The notes under the pieces: model-generated
Told to the model about the DNA's origin: nothing
The model's database searches: none
What the model saw: the letters and a program-made list of their open reading frames with translations, nothing else
Shown: piece after piece, positions 10,125-26,877 of the stretch
How positions within the stretch are numbered: the first letter of the stretch is position 1
How the letters are laid out: each line of letters begins with the position of its first letter
Made by a program: the position numbers and the translations under genes
NCBI GenBank assembly: GCA_963840455.1
Contig: CAWIYV010000014.1
Location: forward strand, 448,001 to 512,000
DNA from: Nitrospirota bacterium
Lineage (GTDB): Bacteria > Nitrospirota > UBA9217
DNA: 64,000 bases
Direction: 5' to 3'

Positions 10125-10826
10125 ATGGCAGGGAAGAAGTTCAAGGCAGCAGCAGCATTGGTTGAGCGGAACAAGCTGTACAGCGTCGAAGAGGCGATCG
10201 GTCTCGCGAAGAAGACGGCGCGGACGAAGTTCGACGAGACCGTCGATCTGGCGGTGAACCTCGGTGTTGACCCCAAGCAGGCGGACCAGATGGTGCGCGG
10301 CACGGTTGTACTTCCTCACGGCACCGGCAAGAAGGTCAAGGTCCTGGTCTTCGCCAAGGGCGAGAAGGAAAAAGAGGCGAGGGATGCCGGCGCCGACTAT
10401 GTGGGCGCCGAGGACCTTGCCGACAAGATCCAGAAGGAAGGGTGGACGGACTTTGACACAGTCGTCGCCACGCCGGACATCATGGGGCTCGTCGGGAAGC
10501 TCGGCAAGGTGCTGGGCCCCCGCGGATTGATGCCGAACCCCAAGACGGGCACGGTAACGTTCGATGTCACCAAGGCCATCAAGGAGATCCGGGCCGGCAA
10601 GGTGGAGTACCGGGTGGAGAAGGCCGGCATCGTTCACGTGCCGGTGGGAAAGGCCTCGTTCGACGAACAGAAACTTATTGAGAACGCCAGGGCGGTGCTG
10701 GAGTCCATCCTGAAGGCCAAGCCGTCATCGAGCAAGGGTAAGTATCTGAAGGCGGTCACGGTTTCCACCACCATGGGGCCCGGCGTCAAGATGGATACCA
10801 TGCTGGTCGAGAAGATCGCGGGATAA
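10125..10826 (+). CDS. rplA: 50S ribosomal protein L1
   Basis: [14 protein letters not shown] and [10 protein letters not shown] motifs. Confidence 0.98.
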   Translation: MAGKKFKAAAALVERNKLYSVEEAIGLAKKTARTKFDETVDLAVNLGVDPKQADQMVRGTVVLPHGTGKKVKVLVFAKGEKEKEARDAGADYVGAEDLADKIQKEGWTDFDTVVATPDIMGLVGKLGKVLGPRGLMPNPKTGTVTFDVTKAIKEIRAGKVEYRVEKAGIVHVPVGKASFDEQKLIENARAVLESILKAKPSSSKGKYLKAVTVSTTMGPGVKMDTMLVEKIAG

Positions 10827-10846
10827 TTAAGATAATAATTGTAAAC

Positions 10847-10897
10847 AAATCCAATATACGAGACCCTAAACGTTAGGATTTCGGATTTAGGATTGAG
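10847..10897. repeat. 7-nt-periodic inverted array
   Basis: AAATCCA ATATACG AGACCCT facing TTAGGAT TTCGGAT TTAGGAT. Confidence 0.6.
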
Positions 10898-10944
10898 AGG
10901 TTGCAGGAACAAAAGGTCGGCCCTCGTTTCACGAAGAGGGATGC

Positions 10945-11098
10945 GGTCCGAGACAGCAGGCACGGAAGAGAGGAACGGCGACTCTTTCGTTTAATCCCCC
11001 CAGCGGGGCCTGCCGAGACCCGGGTAAAAAAGAACGTACGCGACCAAGCGCTGCTTTCTTTTGAGGTTCCCGGGAGGGTCATCGGGAATTCTTGAAAG
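10945..11098 (+). ncRNA. Ribosomal protein L10 leader (cis-regulatory RNA)
   Basis: GTCCGAGACAGCAGG...TTAAT...CCTGCCGAGAC core upstream of rplJ, plus a downstream hairpin. Confidence 0.7.
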
Positions 11099-11111
11099 AA
11101 AGGAGGACAGA

Positions 11112-11624
11112 GTGAACAAGGAAGAGAAAAAAGCAGCAATCGACGAGCTCCACGAGAAATTTTCCCGCGCGAAGACCGCGGTGATCACCGGCTACAGCGG
11201 GATCAATGTTGAGCAGATCACGGCGCTTCGGTCCAAGCTCCGGCAGTCGAATGTCGAGTACCGTGTTGTGAAGAACACCCTGGCGCGGAAGGCCGCGGAA
11301 GGAACAAGCCTCGAGCCGCTGAAGGATTACTTCGTAGGCCCGGTGGGCATCGCGCTGGGATTCGACGACGTGGTCGCTCCGGCCAAGGTGCTGTTCGAAT
11401 TCAGCAAGACGCAGGCGAAGCTCGAGCTCAAGTTCGGCGTGCTGGACGGCAAACTGCTCAAGCAGGCCGACATCAAGGCGCTCGCGAACCTGCCGTCGCT
11501 CAATGCACTTCGCGGCAAGATCGTGGGGCTTCTGCAGGCGCCGGCATCGCGGATCGTTGGTGTGCTTGCGGCACCGGGCGGTCAGATCGCACGGGTCATC
11601 AGGGCAAAGGCAGACAAAGGGTAG
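11112..11624 (+). CDS. rplJ: 50S ribosomal protein L10
   Basis: GTG start after AGGAGG; VVKNTLA and LANLPS motifs. Confidence 0.96.
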   Translation: MNKEEKKAAIDELHEKFSRAKTAVITGYSGINVEQITALRSKLRQSNVEYRVVKNTLARKAAEGTSLEPLKDYFVGPVGIALGFDDVVAPAKVLFEFSKTQAKLELKFGVLDGKLLKQADIKALANLPSLNALRGKIVGLLQAPASRIVGVLAAPGGQIARVIRAKADKG

Positions 11625-11706
11625 GCAGGGTGTCCCGGTAACGGGCAACCTGCTTAACACAAATTTCAACAAACATCAGGCATTTAATTGAGGAGGATAT
11701 ACTGAA

Positions 11707-12081
11707 ATGGCAGATCTGGCGAAAATCGTTGACGAACTGAGCAGCCTTTCCGTTCTGGAGGCCGCTGAGCTGAGCAAGATGCTCGAAGAGAAGTGGGGCG
11801 TTTCGGCAGCAGCGCCCGTGGCTGTTGCGGCCGTCGGCGCGGCCGGCGGTGCAGCAGCGGTCGAAGAGAAGACTGCGTTCGACGTTATCCTGGCGAGTGC
11901 CGGGGCGCAGAAGATCAACGTGATCAAGGTTGTCCGCGAGCTTACCGGCCTTGGCCTCAAGGAGGCGAAGGACCTGGTGGAGGGTGCTCCCAAGCCCGTG
12001 AAGACCGGCGTTGCGAAGGAAGAGGCCGAGACCATGAAGAAGAAGCTGACCGAAGCGGGCGCGACCGTCGAGGTCAAGTAA
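11707..12081 (+). CDS. rplL: 50S ribosomal protein L7/L12
   Basis: [24 protein letters not shown] motif. Confidence 0.98.
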   Translation: MADLAKIVDELSSLSVLEAAELSKMLEEKWGVSAAAPVAVAAVGAAGGAAAVEEKTAFDVILASAGAQKINVIKVVRELTGLGLKEAKDLVEGAPKPVKTGVAKEEAETMKKKLTEAGATVEVK

Positions 12082-12107
12082 GCAGGCTCATTGAGGCAGT
12101 ACTGACC

Positions 12108-12151
12108 AAGTCCTTGCCCTCCGGGACTCCCGGAGGGCAGAGGACTTTTTT
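12108..12151 (+). terminator. Intrinsic terminator/attenuator between rplL and rpoB
   Basis: TGCCCTCCGGG/CCCGGAGGGCA stem followed by a T-run. Confidence 0.8.
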
Positions 12152-12268
12152 GCGTTTTTAGTGGATGGCGCGAAATGGCGCCGGGGCACTGACGGCAATT
12201 CATCATTATTCACGGTCTTATCGGTAGTTATCGGCGGGAAATGGAAATTCCCGCAGAGGGGTGCGGAC

Positions 12269-15200
12269 ATGTCTAAGGAAAAACGGGAAATGATTCGGGT
12301 ACGGAAGGATTTTTCGAGGATCCCCACGATCCTGGAGATCCCTGATCTCATCGAGATCCAGAAGCGTTCGTATGACACGTTCCTGCAGAAGGATCTCGCC
12401 TCGGACAAGCGGAAGGACATGGGGCTCCAGGCGGCGTTCAAGAGCGTCTACCCCATTTACGACTTCAATGAGACGGCGATGGTGGACTATCTTGGCTATT
12501 CTCTGGGCGAGCCCAAGTACACGCTCTGGGAGTGCCTGCAGCGCGGAGCGACCTTTGCCGCTCCGCTGAAGATCAAGATCCGCCTCGTCTTCTTCGACAA
12601 GGACGAGCAGGCCGGGACGAAGCGTGTCAAGGACATCAAGGAGCAGGAGGTGTATGTCGGCGACCTCCCGCTCATGACCGAGAACGGCACGTTCATTGTG
12701 AACGGCACCGAGCGCGTGGTCGTGAGCCAGCTCCACCGCTCGCCGGGGGCGTTCTTTACCCATGACAAAGGCCGCACCCATGCCAGCGGCAAGATCCTCT
12801 ACTCGGCGCGGATCATCCCCTATCGTGGCTCGTGGCTTGACTTCGAGTTCGACGTGAAAGACATCGTGTACGTCCGGATCGACCGGCGCCGGAAAATCCC
12901 CGCCACCATCCTGCTCAAGGCCTTCGGCTATTCCAACGAGGACCTGCTGCGGATGTACTATCCCATCGAGGACATCAAGATCAAGAAGGACGGCTTCACC
13001 CGGAACGTGTCCGACGTGCTTGCAGGCCACAAGGCACCCGCCACGATCACCGAGAAGGGGAGCCGCGAGCAGATTGTGAAGGAAGGCGCCAAGATCACCA
13101 AAATGGCGATCAAGAAGATGGAAGCCGCGGGCATCAACGAGATTCCGATCTCCCGCGAAGAGCTCGTCGACCGCGTCGTCCTGCGGGACGTCATCGATCC
13201 GGAGACAGGTGAGGTCCTCCTTCCGGCCAATGAGAAGATCTCCGACCAGTTCCTGACCCGCGTCGCCGCCACCAAGGTGGAGAAGATGGAAGTGATCTAC
13301 ATGGACGGCATCCACGTGATCCCGGCCATGCGCGACACACTCCTGGCGGACAAGGTCCAGACCTCCGACGAGGCGCTCCTCGAAATCTACCGCAAGATGC
13401 GTCCCGGCGAACCGCCGACGGTCGACATGGCCCGCAACCTGTTCGCCGGTATGTTCTTCAACCCCAAGCGCTATGACCTCTCCCCGGTCGGGAGGCTGAA
13501 GCTCAACAAGAAACTGAACCTTGACATTCCGCTGGAGAAGACCACCCTTACGGCGCAGGACGTCGTGGAGGTGATCCGCTATCTCGTCAATCTCCGGACA
13601 GGCAAGGGAGAGGTGGACGATATCGACCATCTCGGCAACCGCCGCGTCCGCTCCGTGGGCGAGCTTCTCGAGAACCAGATCCGCGTTGGCCTTGCCCGCA
13701 TGGAGCGGGCCATCAAGGAGCGCATGAGCCTTCAGGACGTGGATGCCCTCATGCCGCACGACATCATCAACCCCAAGCCGGTGATCGCTGCCATCAAGGA
13801 GTTCTTCGGGTCCAGCCAGCTGTCGCAGTTCATGGACCAGACGAACCCCCTGGCGGAGATCACGCACAAGCGCAGGCTATCGGCGCTGGGGCCTGGCGGC
13901 CTCACGCGTGAGCGCGCAGGCTTCGAAGTTCGCGATGTGCACACGACCCACTACGGCAGGATCTGCCCCATTGAGACGCCGGAAGGTCCGAACATCGGTC
14001 TCATTGTCTCCCTGGCGACCTATGCGCGGGTGAACGATTACGGCTTCATTGAAGCGCCTTATCGCCAGGTCAAGCTGGGGAGGGTGACCGAGGAGATCGA
14101 ATACCTTTCCGCCGTGGACGGGGAGAACTACGTCATTGCCCAGGCCAACACGCCCCTCGACAGCCGCGGCAAGATCGCCGTTGACAGCGTCTCCGCCCGC
14201 GTGGGCGGCGAGTTCATGCTGGTGACGGCCGAGGAAGTGCAGTACATGGACGTGTCCCCGAAACAGATCGTCTCGGTCTCGGCGGCGCTCATCCCGTTCC
14301 TCGAGAACGATGACGCCAACCGCGCTCTCATGGGCTCGAACATGCAGCGCCAGGCAGTGCCGCTGCTCCGGCCCCAGGCCCCGGTCGTGGGTACGGGCAT
14401 GGAGCGTGTGGCTGCACGCGATTCCGGCGCCATCATCGGAGCGAAGCGCGACGGCATCGTTGAAGCGGTCGATTCGACGGCCATCGTGGTCAAGGGCGAG
14501 GACGCCCGGGGCAGGACCGTGGTTGACAACTATCCCCTGACCAAGTTCCACCGTTCCAACCAGAACACCTGCATGAACCAGAAGTCCATCGTGCGGGTCG
14601 GCGACAAGATCAAGAAAGGCCAGGTCATCGCCGACGGACCGGCGACCGACCTTGGCGAGCTGGCCCTGGGCCAGAATGTGCTCGTGGCCTTCATGCCCTG
14701 GAGCGGATTCAACTTCGAGGACGCCATCATCATCAGCGAGAAGCTCGTGAAGGAGGACCGGTATACCTCCATCCACATCGAAGAGTTCGAGATCGAGGCC
14801 CGTGACACCAAGCTCGGCAAGGAAGAGATCACCCGCGACATCCCGAACCTCGGCGAGGAGACCCTGCGCAACCTGGACGAGAACGGCATCATCCGCATCG
14901 GTGCCGAGGTGATGCCTGGTGACATCCTGGTGGGCAAGGTGACGCCCAAGGGCGAGACCCAGCTTACGCCGGAGGAGAAGCTCCTGCGGGCCATCTTCGG
15001 CGAGAAGGCCGGCGACGTACGCGACGCTTCCCTCTATGCCCCCCCGGGGATCGAGGGCACGGTCATTGACGTGAAGGTCTTCTCCCGCAAGGGCGAGGAC
15101 AAGAACGAGCGTCTCAAGACGCAGGAAAGCGAGGAGATCACCCGCCTCCAGAAGGAATACAGCGAAGAGAAGAAGGCCATCCAGGAGGACAAGTACAAGC

Positions 15201-16258
15201 GTATCCGCCGGATTCTCATCGGCAAGACCACAGCCGACAAGGTAGCGAACTCCAAGACCGGAAAAACGGAGATTGCGAAGGGGAAGAAGATCTCCGCCGA
15301 CATGCTGGACAAGATCCCGGAGAAGGAGCTTGCCAAGATCAAGGTTGAGTCCGAAGATTACCCGGCGAAGCTGCAGGAGATCCTGGACAGCGCCGAGAAC
15401 CAGCTCGGCATCCTGGAGTCCATCTACGACGAGAAGATCGGCCGCCTCAAACGGGGCGATGACCTTCCCCCGGGCGTGGTGAAGCTCGTGAAGGTCTATG
15501 TCGCGATGAAGCGCAAACTCTCCGTTGGCGACAAGATGGCTGGCCGTCACGGGAACAAGGGCGTCGTATCCCGGATCGTTCCCGAGGAGGACATGCCTTA
15601 CCTACCCGACGGGACGCCTGTCGAGATCGTCCTGAATCCCCTGGGCGTGCCGTCCCGTATGAACGTGGGCCAAATCCTTGAGACCCATCTTGGCTGGGCT
15701 GCCAAGGCCCTGGGCCTGCATGTGGCCACGCCCGTGTTCGATGGCGCGACCGAGGAGCAGATCAAGAGCCTGCTCAAGGATGCGAAACTGCCGAAGACGG
15801 GCCAGTCCGTCCTCTATGACGGCCGCACCGGCGACCCGTACGACAAGCCGGTCACTGTCGGCTATATGTACATGCTGAAGCTGCACCATCTTGTGGACGA
15901 CAAGCTGCATGCGCGGTCCATTGGCCCCTATTCCCTGGTCACGCAGCAGCCCCTGGGCGGCAAGGCCCAGTTCGGCGGCCAGCGGCTCGGTGAGATGGAG
16001 GTCTGGGCGCTCCAGGCCTACGGCGCCGCCTACTGCCTCCAGGAGTTCCTCACGGTGAAGTCCGACGACGTGTCGGGCAGGGCAAAGATCTACGAGGCCA
16101 TCGTGAAGGGCGAGCATACCCTGGAGCCGGGGCTTCCCGAGTCGTTCTACGTCCTCATCAAGGAGCTCCAGAGCCTCTGTCTTGATGTGGAGCTGATCGA
16201 GCGGAAGAACGGCAAGGAGCGGCTGATCGGGCTTGAAAAGATCTCATCGGCCCGGTAG
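12269..16258 (+). CDS. rpoB: RNA polymerase beta subunit
   Basis: [25 protein letters not shown] and [13 protein letters not shown] motifs. Confidence 0.99.
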   Translation: MSKEKREMIRVRKDFSRIPTILEIPDLIEIQKRSYDTFLQKDLASDKRKDMGLQAAFKSVYPIYDFNETAMVDYLGYSLGEPKYTLWECLQRGATFAAPLKIKIRLVFFDKDEQAGTKRVKDIKEQEVYVGDLPLMTENGTFIVNGTERVVVSQLHRSPGAFFTHDKGRTHASGKILYSARIIPYRGSWLDFEFDVKDIVYVRIDRRRKIPATILLKAFGYSNEDLLRMYYPIEDIKIKKDGFTRNVSDVLAGHKAPATITEKGSREQIVKEGAKITKMAIKKMEAAGINEIPISREELVDRVVLRDVIDPETGEVLLPANEKISDQFLTRVAATKVEKMEVIYMDGIHVIPAMRDTLLADKVQTSDEALLEIYRKMRPGEPPTVDMARNLFAGMFFNPKRYDLSPVGRLKLNKKLNLDIPLEKTTLTAQDVVEVIRYLVNLRTGKGEVDDIDHLGNRRVRSVGELLENQIRVGLARMERAIKERMSLQDVDALMPHDIINPKPVIAAIKEFFGSSQLSQFMDQTNPLAEITHKRRLSALGPGGLTRERAGFEVRDVHTTHYGRICPIETPEGPNIGLIVSLATYARVNDYGFIEAPYRQVKLGRVTEEIEYLSAVDGENYVIAQANTPLDSRGKIAVDSVSARVGGEFMLVTAEEVQYMDVSPKQIVSVSAALIPFLENDDANRALMGSNMQRQAVPLLRPQAPVVGTGMERVAARDSGAIIGAKRDGIVEAVDSTAIVVKGEDARGRTVVDNYPLTKFHRSNQNTCMNQKSIVRVGDKIKKGQVIADGPATDLGELALGQNVLVAFMPWSGFNFEDAIIISEKLVKEDRYTSIHIEEFEIEARDTKLGKEEITRDIPNLGEETLRNLDENGIIRIGAEVMPGDILVGKVTPKGETQLTPEEKLLRAIFGEKAGDVRDASLYAPPGIEGTVIDVKVFSRKGEDKNERLKTQESEEITRLQKEYSEEKKAIQEDKYKRIRRILIGKTTADKVANSKTGKTEIAKGKKISADMLDKIPEKELAKIKVESEDYPAKLQEILDSAENQLGILESIYDEKIGRLKRGDDLPPGVVKLVKVYVAMKRKLSVGDKMAGRHGNKGVVSRIVPEEDMPYLPDGTPVEIVLNPLGVPSRMNVGQILETHLGWAAKALGLHVATPVFDGATEEQIKSLLKDAKLPKTGQSVLYDGRTGDPYDKPVTVGYMYMLKLHHLVDDKLHARSIGPYSLVTQQPLGGKAQFGGQRLGEMEVWALQAYGAAYCLQEFLTVKSDDVSGRAKIYEAIVKGEHTLEPGLPESFYVLIKELQSLCLDVELIERKNGKERLIGLEKISSAR

Positions 16259-16346
16259 CTTGGCGCGGATGGCTGCAGGAAATTGGACAGGAACTAATCA
16301 ATAGCTAGGTGAGCGGGGCCGAGTGGCCCCTTTCAGGAGGTTGACC

Positions 16347-20477
<4,131 letters not shown>

Positions 20478-20491
20478 GGAATCCAAGTCAG

Positions 20492-20524
20492 GCGGGAGCC
20501 GTTGTCACGCGGTTCCCGCTTTTT
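20492..20524 (+). terminator. Intrinsic terminator after rpoC
   Basis: GCGGGAGCCG/CGGTTCCCGC stem followed by TTTTT. Confidence 0.8.
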
Positions 20525-20573
20525 GTTCCCCAGAACGATCGATAACTTTTTCACAAAAAGGCCGAAAAAAGCC

Positions 20574-20602
20574 TTGACAAGGTATTAATAGATAAGTATA
20601 AT
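20574..20602 (+). promoter_or_regulatory. Consensus sigma-70 promoter of the str operon
   Basis: Perfect TTGACA-17 bp-TATAAT with A-tracts upstream. Confidence 0.88.
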
Positions 20603-20675
20603 CATCGGGTTTTGACTCAACTAAAGTAAGTTTTTTTGCGTTAGTCATCTACTTGTTTTTTAAGGAGTTATTGTC

Positions 20676-21047
20676 ATGCCTACGATCAGCCAGCTGGTAA
20701 GAAAGGGCCGGACGCTCGCGTCGAGCAAGACCAAGAGTCCCGCACTCAAGGCATGCCCCCAGAAACGGGGTGTCTGCATCAGGGTGTACACCACGACGCC
20801 GAAGAAGCCGAACTCAGCTCTTCGCAAGGTCGCCAGGGTGCGGCTTACGAACCAGATGGAGGTCACGACGTACATCCCGGGCGTAGGACACAATCTTCAG
20901 GAGCATTCCATCGTCATGATCCGCGGCGGCAGGGTGAAGGACCTTCCCGGCGTACGCTATCACATCGTCCGCGGCACGCTGGATACCGTGGGCGTGGCCA
21001 ATCGCAAGCAGGGTCGTTCCAAATACGGAGCAAAGAGGCCGAAGTAA
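20676..21047 (+). CDS. rpsL: 30S ribosomal protein S12
   Basis: [11 protein letters not shown] and [11 protein letters not shown] motifs. Confidence 0.99.
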   Translation: MPTISQLVRKGRTLASSKTKSPALKACPQKRGVCIRVYTTTPKKPNSALRKVARVRLTNQMEVTTYIPGVGHNLQEHSIVMIRGGRVKDLPGVRYHIVRGTLDTVGVANRKQGRSKYGAKRPK

Positions 21048-21104
21048 GCACTATTCAGCGCTATCAAGAAGCATATCAGCCACTCATAAACAGGAAAGCA
21101 AACT

Positions 21105-21575
21105 ATGCCGAGAAAACAGGTTGTCGTAAAAAGAGAGATCCTTCCCGATCCGAAGTTCAACAGCAAGATGCTCGCCAAGTTCGTGAACGTGCTCATGCGC
21201 AAGGGCAAGAAGAGCACGGCAGAGGCCATCTGCTACAAGGCGCTCGACCGCATCCAGCAGAAGACGAACGGCGATCCCATCGCTATCTTCAAGAAGGCTG
21301 TTGAGAACGTGAAGCCGACCCTCGAGGTTAAGTCGCGCCGGGTGGGCGGCGCATCCTATCAGGTGCCCATCGAGGTCAAGCAGCCGCGCAGGCTCTCCCT
21401 GGCATTCCGCTGGCTCAGACTTTATGCTGAGCAGCGCCCGGAGAAGTCCATGGTTGACAAACTGGCGGGAGAGATCCTCGATGCGTCGAACAACACCGGC
21501 GCAGCAGTCAAGAAAAGAGAAGACGTGCACCGCATGGCGGATGCGAACAAGGCATTTGCCCATTATCGCTGGTAA
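21105..21575 (+). CDS. rpsG: 30S ribosomal protein S7
   Basis: [12 protein letters not shown] and [10 protein letters not shown] motifs. Confidence 0.98.
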   Translation: MPRKQVVVKREILPDPKFNSKMLAKFVNVLMRKGKKSTAEAICYKALDRIQQKTNGDPIAIFKKAVENVKPTLEVKSRRVGGASYQVPIEVKQPRRLSLAFRWLRLYAEQRPEKSMVDKLAGEILDASNNTGAAVKKREDVHRMADANKAFAHYRW

Positions 21576-21601
21576 GGTGTTCAAGGAGAGCGGAGGAAGT
21601 T

Positions 21602-23692
21602 TTGGCTAGGCAGTATTCACTGGAAAACACGAGAAACATCGGGATCATGGCCCACATCGACGCCGGCAAGACGACGACGACCGAGCGGATCCTGTATTAT
21701 ACCGGTGTGTCCTATAAGATCGGCGAAGTGCACGACGGTACTGCGGTCATGGACTGGATGGTGCAGGAGCAGGAGCGCGGCATAACCATCACCTCTGCTG
21801 CGACGACCTGCTTCTGGCGGGACAAGCGCATCAACATCATCGATACGCCCGGCCACGTGGACTTTACGATCGAAGTGGAGCGTTCGCTCCGCGTGCTTGA
21901 TGGCGCAGTTGCTGCCTTCGACTCGGTGAGCGGTGTGGAGCCCCAGTCCGAGACGGTCTGGCGCCAGGCGGACAAATATCAGGTCCCGCGCATCGCGTTC
22001 ATGAACAAGATGGACCGCATCGGAGCGGACTTTTACATGAGCGTCCAGTCAATGATCGACCGGCTTGGCGCGAATCCGCTGCCGATCCAGCTCCCCATCG
22101 GTGCCGAGGACAAGTTCCGCGGCTGTATTGACCTGGTCAAGATGAAGGCTGTGCTGTTCGATGACGAGACCCTCGGCGCAAAGTATGTCGTTGGGGATAT
22201 CCCTGCGGACCTGCTGCCCAAGGCGAAGGAATACCGCACCTCGATGATCGAGAAGCTCGCCGATGTCGACGACGTCATTGCGGACAAGTTCCTGAACGAC
22301 CAGCAGCCGACCGAGGCCGAGATCATGGCGGCAATCCGCAAGGGAACGATTGCCATGAGCATCTTCCCGGTCATCTGCGGATCGGCGTTCAAGAACAAGG
22401 GCGTACAGCTGCTGCTGGATGCGGTCGTGGACTATCTTCCGTCTCCGCTCGATATCCCGCCGGTCACCGGCATTGGACCAAAGGGCGAGGAGGTCGTCCG
22501 CAAGACCTCTGACAGCGAGCCATTTGCCGCCGTGGCGTTCAAGATCATGACCGATCCCTTCGTGGGCCAGCTCACGTTCATCCGGGTCTATTCCGGGACG
22601 CTGACCTCCGGATCGTATGTGTACAACTCGACCAAGGGTACGAGGGAGCGCGTCGGCAGACTGCTCAAGATGCATGCGAACAAACGAGAAGAGATCGAGC
22701 AGATCTATTCCGGCGATATTTGTGCGGCCGTGGGCCTTAAGAGCACGCTTACGGGGCATACGCTCTGCGATGAAAAATCCTCTGTTATCCTGGAGGCGAT
22801 GACCTTTCCGGAGCCCGTGATCTCGGTGGCCATTGAGCCCAAGACCAAGGCTGACCAGGAAAAACTCGGCCTCTCGCTTCAGAAGCTCATGCAGGAAGAC
22901 CCCTCGTTCCGCGTGTTCACCGATCAGGAAACGGGGCAGACGATCATCTCGGGCATGGGTGAGCTTCACCTCGAGATCATCGTGGACCGGCTCATGCGTG
23001 AGTTCAAGGTTGACGCGAACGTGGGTAAGCCCCAGGTCGCCTATCGTGAAACGATCAAGAAGAAGGTCACTGCCGAGGGCAAGTACATCCGCCAGACCGG
23101 AGGCCGCGGCCAGTATGGCCATGCGGTGCTGGAGCTTGAGCCTCAGGAGCCCGGGAAGGGCTTTGAGTTCGTGAACAAGACGGTTGGCGGTTCGGTCCCC
23201 AAGGAATACGTCGCTCCGATCGAGAAGGGCATTGTAGAGGCCATGGAGAACGGCGTGCTCGCCGGCTATCCCGTGGTCGATATCAAGATCACCCTCATCG
23301 ACGGGTCCTATCATGACGTGGACTCATCGGAAATGGCCTTTAAGATCGCCGGCTCCATGGCTTTTAAAGAAGGAGCAAATAAGGCTGCACCGACATTGCT
23401 CGAACCGATCATGGCAGTCGAGGTCGTCTGCGCCGAGGAGTACATGGGTGACATCATCGGTGACCTCAACTCCCGTCGCGGCCGGGTGCAGGGCATGAAC
23501 ATGCGGGGTGCGGGGCGGGTCATCACGGCACAGGTGCCGCTTTCCGAGATGTTCGGTTATGCCACGGACATCCGGTCCAAGACCCAGGGCCGCGCGACCT
23601 ATACGATGCAGTTCGCGCATTATGAGGAAGTGCCGAAGAACATATCCGAGCAAATCATCGCCAAGGTGAAGGGCGAGACCGTCAAGAAGTAG
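21602..23692 (+). CDS. fusA: Elongation factor G
   Basis: AHIDAGKTT and DTPGHVDF motifs; TTG start. Confidence 0.99.
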   Translation: MARQYSLENTRNIGIMAHIDAGKTTTTERILYYTGVSYKIGEVHDGTAVMDWMVQEQERGITITSAATTCFWRDKRINIIDTPGHVDFTIEVERSLRVLDGAVAAFDSVSGVEPQSETVWRQADKYQVPRIAFMNKMDRIGADFYMSVQSMIDRLGANPLPIQLPIGAEDKFRGCIDLVKMKAVLFDDETLGAKYVVGDIPADLLPKAKEYRTSMIEKLADVDDVIADKFLNDQQPTEAEIMAAIRKGTIAMSIFPVICGSAFKNKGVQLLLDAVVDYLPSPLDIPPVTGIGPKGEEVVRKTSDSEPFAAVAFKIMTDPFVGQLTFIRVYSGTLTSGSYVYNSTKGTRERVGRLLKMHANKREEIEQIYSGDICAAVGLKSTLTGHTLCDEKSSVILEAMTFPEPVISVAIEPKTKADQEKLGLSLQKLMQEDPSFRVFTDQETGQTIISGMGELHLEIIVDRLMREFKVDANVGKPQVAYRETIKKKVTAEGKYIRQTGGRGQYGHAVLELEPQEPGKGFEFVNKTVGGSVPKEYVAPIEKGIVEAMENGVLAGYPVVDIKITLIDGSYHDVDSSEMAFKIAGSMAFKEGANKAAPTLLEPIMAVEVVCAEEYMGDIIGDLNSRRGRVQGMNMRGAGRVITAQVPLSEMFGYATDIRSKTQGRATYTMQFAHYEEVPKNISEQIIAKVKGETVKK

Positions 23693-23735
23693 TTCGGCAA
23701 AATAGGATTTCATCTTCCCAAGAGGAGGCGGGAAC

Positions 23736-24935
23736 ATGGCAAAAGCGAAATTTGAGAGAACGAAGCCGCATGTGAACGTGGGGACCATCGGCCACGTTGA
23801 CCACGGCAAGACGACGCTGACGGCTGCGATCACGAAGGTGCTGGCGTTCAAGAACATGGCCAGCTTCGTGTCGTACGACAACATCGACAAGGCGCCCGAG
23901 GAACGGGAGCGCGGCATCACGATCGCGACGGCGCACGTGGAGTACCAGACCGAGAAGCGCCACTACGCCCATGTGGACTGCCCGGGCCATGCCGATTACA
24001 TCAAGAACATGATCACCGGCGCGGCGCAGATGGACGGAGCGATCCTGGTGGTCTCGGCCGCTGACGGCCCCATGCCCCAGACGCGCGAGCACATCCTTTT
24101 GGCCCGCCAGGTTGGCGTGCCCTATATCGTCGTGTACATGAACAAGGTCGACATGGTCGACGATCCCGAGCTCCTGGAGCTGGTCGAACTTGAGGTCCGC
24201 GAGCTCCTGTCCAAGTACCAGTTCCCCGGCGACAAGACCCCGATCATCAAAGGCAGCGCCCTGAAGGCGCTCCAGAGCGAGAGCAAGGACATCAATGCGC
24301 CCGAGTACAAGAGCATCCTTGAACTCATGGACGCCCTGGACAGCTACATTCCCCAGCCCAAGCGCGACATCGACAAGCCCTACCTGATGCCCATCGAGGA
24401 CGTGTTCTCCATCGCCGGCCGCGGCACCGTGGTGACGGGCCGCATCGAGCGGGGCATCGTGAAAGTGGGCGACGAGATCGAGATCGTGGGCATTAAGCCC
24501 ACGCAGAAGACCGTGGTCACCGGTGTTGAGATGTTCCGGAAGCTCCTGGATTCGGGCGAGGCCGGCGACAATGTCGGCGTCCTGCTCCGGGGCGTGAAGA
24601 AGGAAGAAGTGGAGCGCGGCATGGTCCTGGCCAAGCCCGGGAGCATCACCCCGCACACGAAGTTCAAGGCCGAGGCCTACGTTCTGACGAAGGAAGAGGG
24701 CGGCCGCCACACCCCGTTCTTCAAGGGATACCGTCCGCAGTTCTACTTCCGGACGACGGACGTGACGGGCGTGGTGACGCTGGCCGAAGGCGTCGAGATG
24801 GTGATGCCGGGCGACAACATGAGCTGCAGCGTTGAGCTCATCACCCCCATCGCCATGGACAAGGAGCTCCGGTTCGCCATCCGCGAGGGCGGCCGCACCG
24901 TGGGCGCCGGCGTGATCACCGAAGTGATCGAGTAA
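23736..24935 (+). CDS. tuf: Elongation factor Tu (copy 2)
   Basis: Protein identical to 7130..8329. Confidence 0.99.
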   Translation: MAKAKFERTKPHVNVGTIGHVDHGKTTLTAAITKVLAFKNMASFVSYDNIDKAPEERERGITIATAHVEYQTEKRHYAHVDCPGHADYIKNMITGAAQMDGAILVVSAADGPMPQTREHILLARQVGVPYIVVYMNKVDMVDDPELLELVELEVRELLSKYQFPGDKTPIIKGSALKALQSESKDINAPEYKSILELMDALDSYIPQPKRDIDKPYLMPIEDVFSIAGRGTVVTGRIERGIVKVGDEIEIVGIKPTQKTVVTGVEMFRKLLDSGEAGDNVGVLLRGVKKEEVERGMVLAKPGSITPHTKFKAEAYVLTKEEGGRHTPFFKGYRPQFYFRTTDVTGVVTLAEGVEMVMPGDNMSCSVELITPIAMDKELRFAIREGGRTVGAGVITEVIE

Positions 24936-24962
24936 GCAAGAAACGAGAGGAAGGGCGACTCA

Positions 24963-25268
24963 GTGACGCAGAAGATCAGGATACGGCTTAAAGGATATGA
25001 CCATCGTCTGCTGGACCAGTCGGTGGTGGAGATCATGGACACGGCAAAGCGGACCGGCGCCAAAGTATCGGGCCCCATTCCGTTGCCGACCCGGATCAAC
25101 CGCTGGACGGTGCTCCGTTCGCCCCATGTGGACAAGAAATCACGGGAACAGTTCGAGATCAGGACGCACAAGCGGCTCCTCGATATCCTGGACCCGACAC
25201 CGCAGACCGTGGATGCGCTGATGAAGCTCGACCTCGCTGCAGGTGTTGACGTGGAGATCAAGCTCTAA
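24963..25268 (+). CDS. rpsJ: 30S ribosomal protein S10
   Basis: GPIPLPT and [13 protein letters not shown] motifs. Confidence 0.98.
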   Translation: MTQKIRIRLKGYDHRLLDQSVVEIMDTAKRTGAKVSGPIPLPTRINRWTVLRSPHVDKKSREQFEIRTHKRLLDILDPTPQTVDALMKLDLAAGVDVEIKL

Positions 25269-25325
25269 CCAGAGAGACCGGCGTGAACGGATTGATGTTC
25301 ACGGTCGTGGTAAAGGGACCATACA

Positions 25326-25937
25326 ATGAGCGTAGGCATTATTGGAAAAAAGCTCGGCATGAGCCAGGTGTTCGACGGCAGGGAACTGGTCCCGGTCACG
25401 GTGATCCAGGCCGGGCCGTGCAAGGTCGTGCAGAAGAAGACCGTGGCGAAGGACGGCTACGAGGCCGTGCAGCTCGCCTTCCAGGAAGAGAAGAAGCAGG
25501 GGCGGGTCACCAAGGCGGCCGCGGGCCACTTCAAAAAGTCCGAAACGGTGCCGCACCGGTTCCTCCGCGAATTTCGCATGGCGGGGTACGAGCAGGGGCA
25601 GGACGTGAAGGTGGACATCTTCAAAAAAGGCGAGCTGATCGCCGTCAGCGGCGTGAGCAAGGGCAAGGGCTTTGCCGGTGTTATGAAGCGGCATAACTTC
25701 GCGGGCGGTCCCGGTGGCCACGGTTCCATGTTCAACCGCGCGCCGGGCTCCATCGGCGCCAGTGCCTATCCCTCGCGCGTGTGGCCTGGCAAGAAACTTC
25801 CGGGACACATGGGCTCTGCCACGGTCACGGTGAAAAACTTGAAGATCATCGAAGTGCGGCCCGATCAGAACCTGCTGTTCGTGCGCGGTGCGGTACCCGG
25901 CGGCGACAACGCGCTGGTCCTGATCACCAAGGGATAA
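25326..25937 (+). CDS. rplC: 50S ribosomal protein L3
   Basis: GKKLGMSQVF and SKGKGFAGVMKRHNF motifs. Confidence 0.98.
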   Translation: MSVGIIGKKLGMSQVFDGRELVPVTVIQAGPCKVVQKKTVAKDGYEAVQLAFQEEKKQGRVTKAAAGHFKKSETVPHRFLREFRMAGYEQGQDVKVDIFKKGELIAVSGVSKGKGFAGVMKRHNFAGGPGGHGSMFNRAPGSIGASAYPSRVWPGKKLPGHMGSATVTVKNLKIIEVRPDQNLLFVRGAVPGGDNALVLITKG

Positions 25938-25961
25938 TAAGACAGATAGAGGGTCTCTACA

Positions 25962-26585
25962 ATGGCATCAGTAGCGATGGTTGATATGAGCAACAAGAAG
26001 GTGAAGGACGTGGAGCTTCCCGCCGTGTTCGGCGTGGAGGTGAAGTCCCATCTGCTCCATTCGGCGGTAGTGAACCAGCTTGCCAACCGGCGGGCCGGAA
26101 CCGCGGCCACGAAGACGAAGGGACTGGTGAGCGGCGGCGGCAAAAAGCCGTTCAAGCAGAAGGGCACGGGCCGCGCACGTGCGGGCAGCACCCGTTCTCC
26201 GCTCTGGCGGCACGGCGGAACGGTCTTTGGACCGACCCCGCGTGACTACTCCTACAGCATGCCCAAGAAGGAGAAGCGTGCTGCACTGGCGGCAGCCCTT
26301 TCCTCGAAGGTGAACGACAACCGGATGGTCCTTTTGGACAAACTGGAGCTTGCCGGGCCCCGGACGAAGCAGATGGCGGAGCTCCTGAAGGCCCTCGGCG
26401 TGGCCGAGAGCGCACTGGTGCTGATCACTGCTGAGAACAAGAACGTGGCCCTCGCGTCGCGAAACATGCCGAACGTCAAGGTCCTCCGGATGGAGAACAT
26501 CAACGTGTACGATCTCCTCAAGTACCGGTACCTGATCACGACGCAGGACGCGCTCACCACCATGCAGGAGGTATACGGGAAATGA
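25962..26585 (+). CDS. rplD: 50S ribosomal protein L4
   Basis: QKGTGRARAG motif. Confidence 0.98.
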   Translation: MASVAMVDMSNKKVKDVELPAVFGVEVKSHLLHSAVVNQLANRRAGTAATKTKGLVSGGGKKPFKQKGTGRARAGSTRSPLWRHGGTVFGPTPRDYSYSMPKKEKRAALAAALSSKVNDNRMVLLDKLELAGPRTKQMAELLKALGVAESALVLITAENKNVALASRNMPNVKVLRMENINVYDLLKYRYLITTQDALTTMQEVYGK

Positions 26586-26875
26586 CGATGGACCATTATG
26601 ACATTATCCGGGTACCCCGCATCACGGAGAAAGGCTCGCGTCTGAAGGAACAGAGCAATGTACTGACGTTCGAAGTGCGGAACGATGCCAACAAGGTCCA
26701 GGTCCGTAAGGCGATCGAGGGCATTTTCAAGGTGAAGGTGCTTGACGTGACCACGGTGAACGTCGCGGGCAAGAAGAAGCGCATGGGTGCGCGGGTGGGC
26801 CGCAGGTCCGATTGGAAAAAAGCGTTTGTGACGCTGAAGCCAGGCGAAAAGATCGATATTTTTGAGGGTGCATAA
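26582..26875 (+). CDS. rplW: 50S ribosomal protein L23
   Basis: PRITEK and WKKAFVTL motifs. Confidence 0.97.
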   Translation: MTMDHYDIIRVPRITEKGSRLKEQSNVLTFEVRNDANKVQVRKAIEGIFKVKVLDVTTVNVAGKKKRMGARVGRRSDWKKAFVTLKPGEKIDIFEGA

Positions 26876-26877
26876 TC

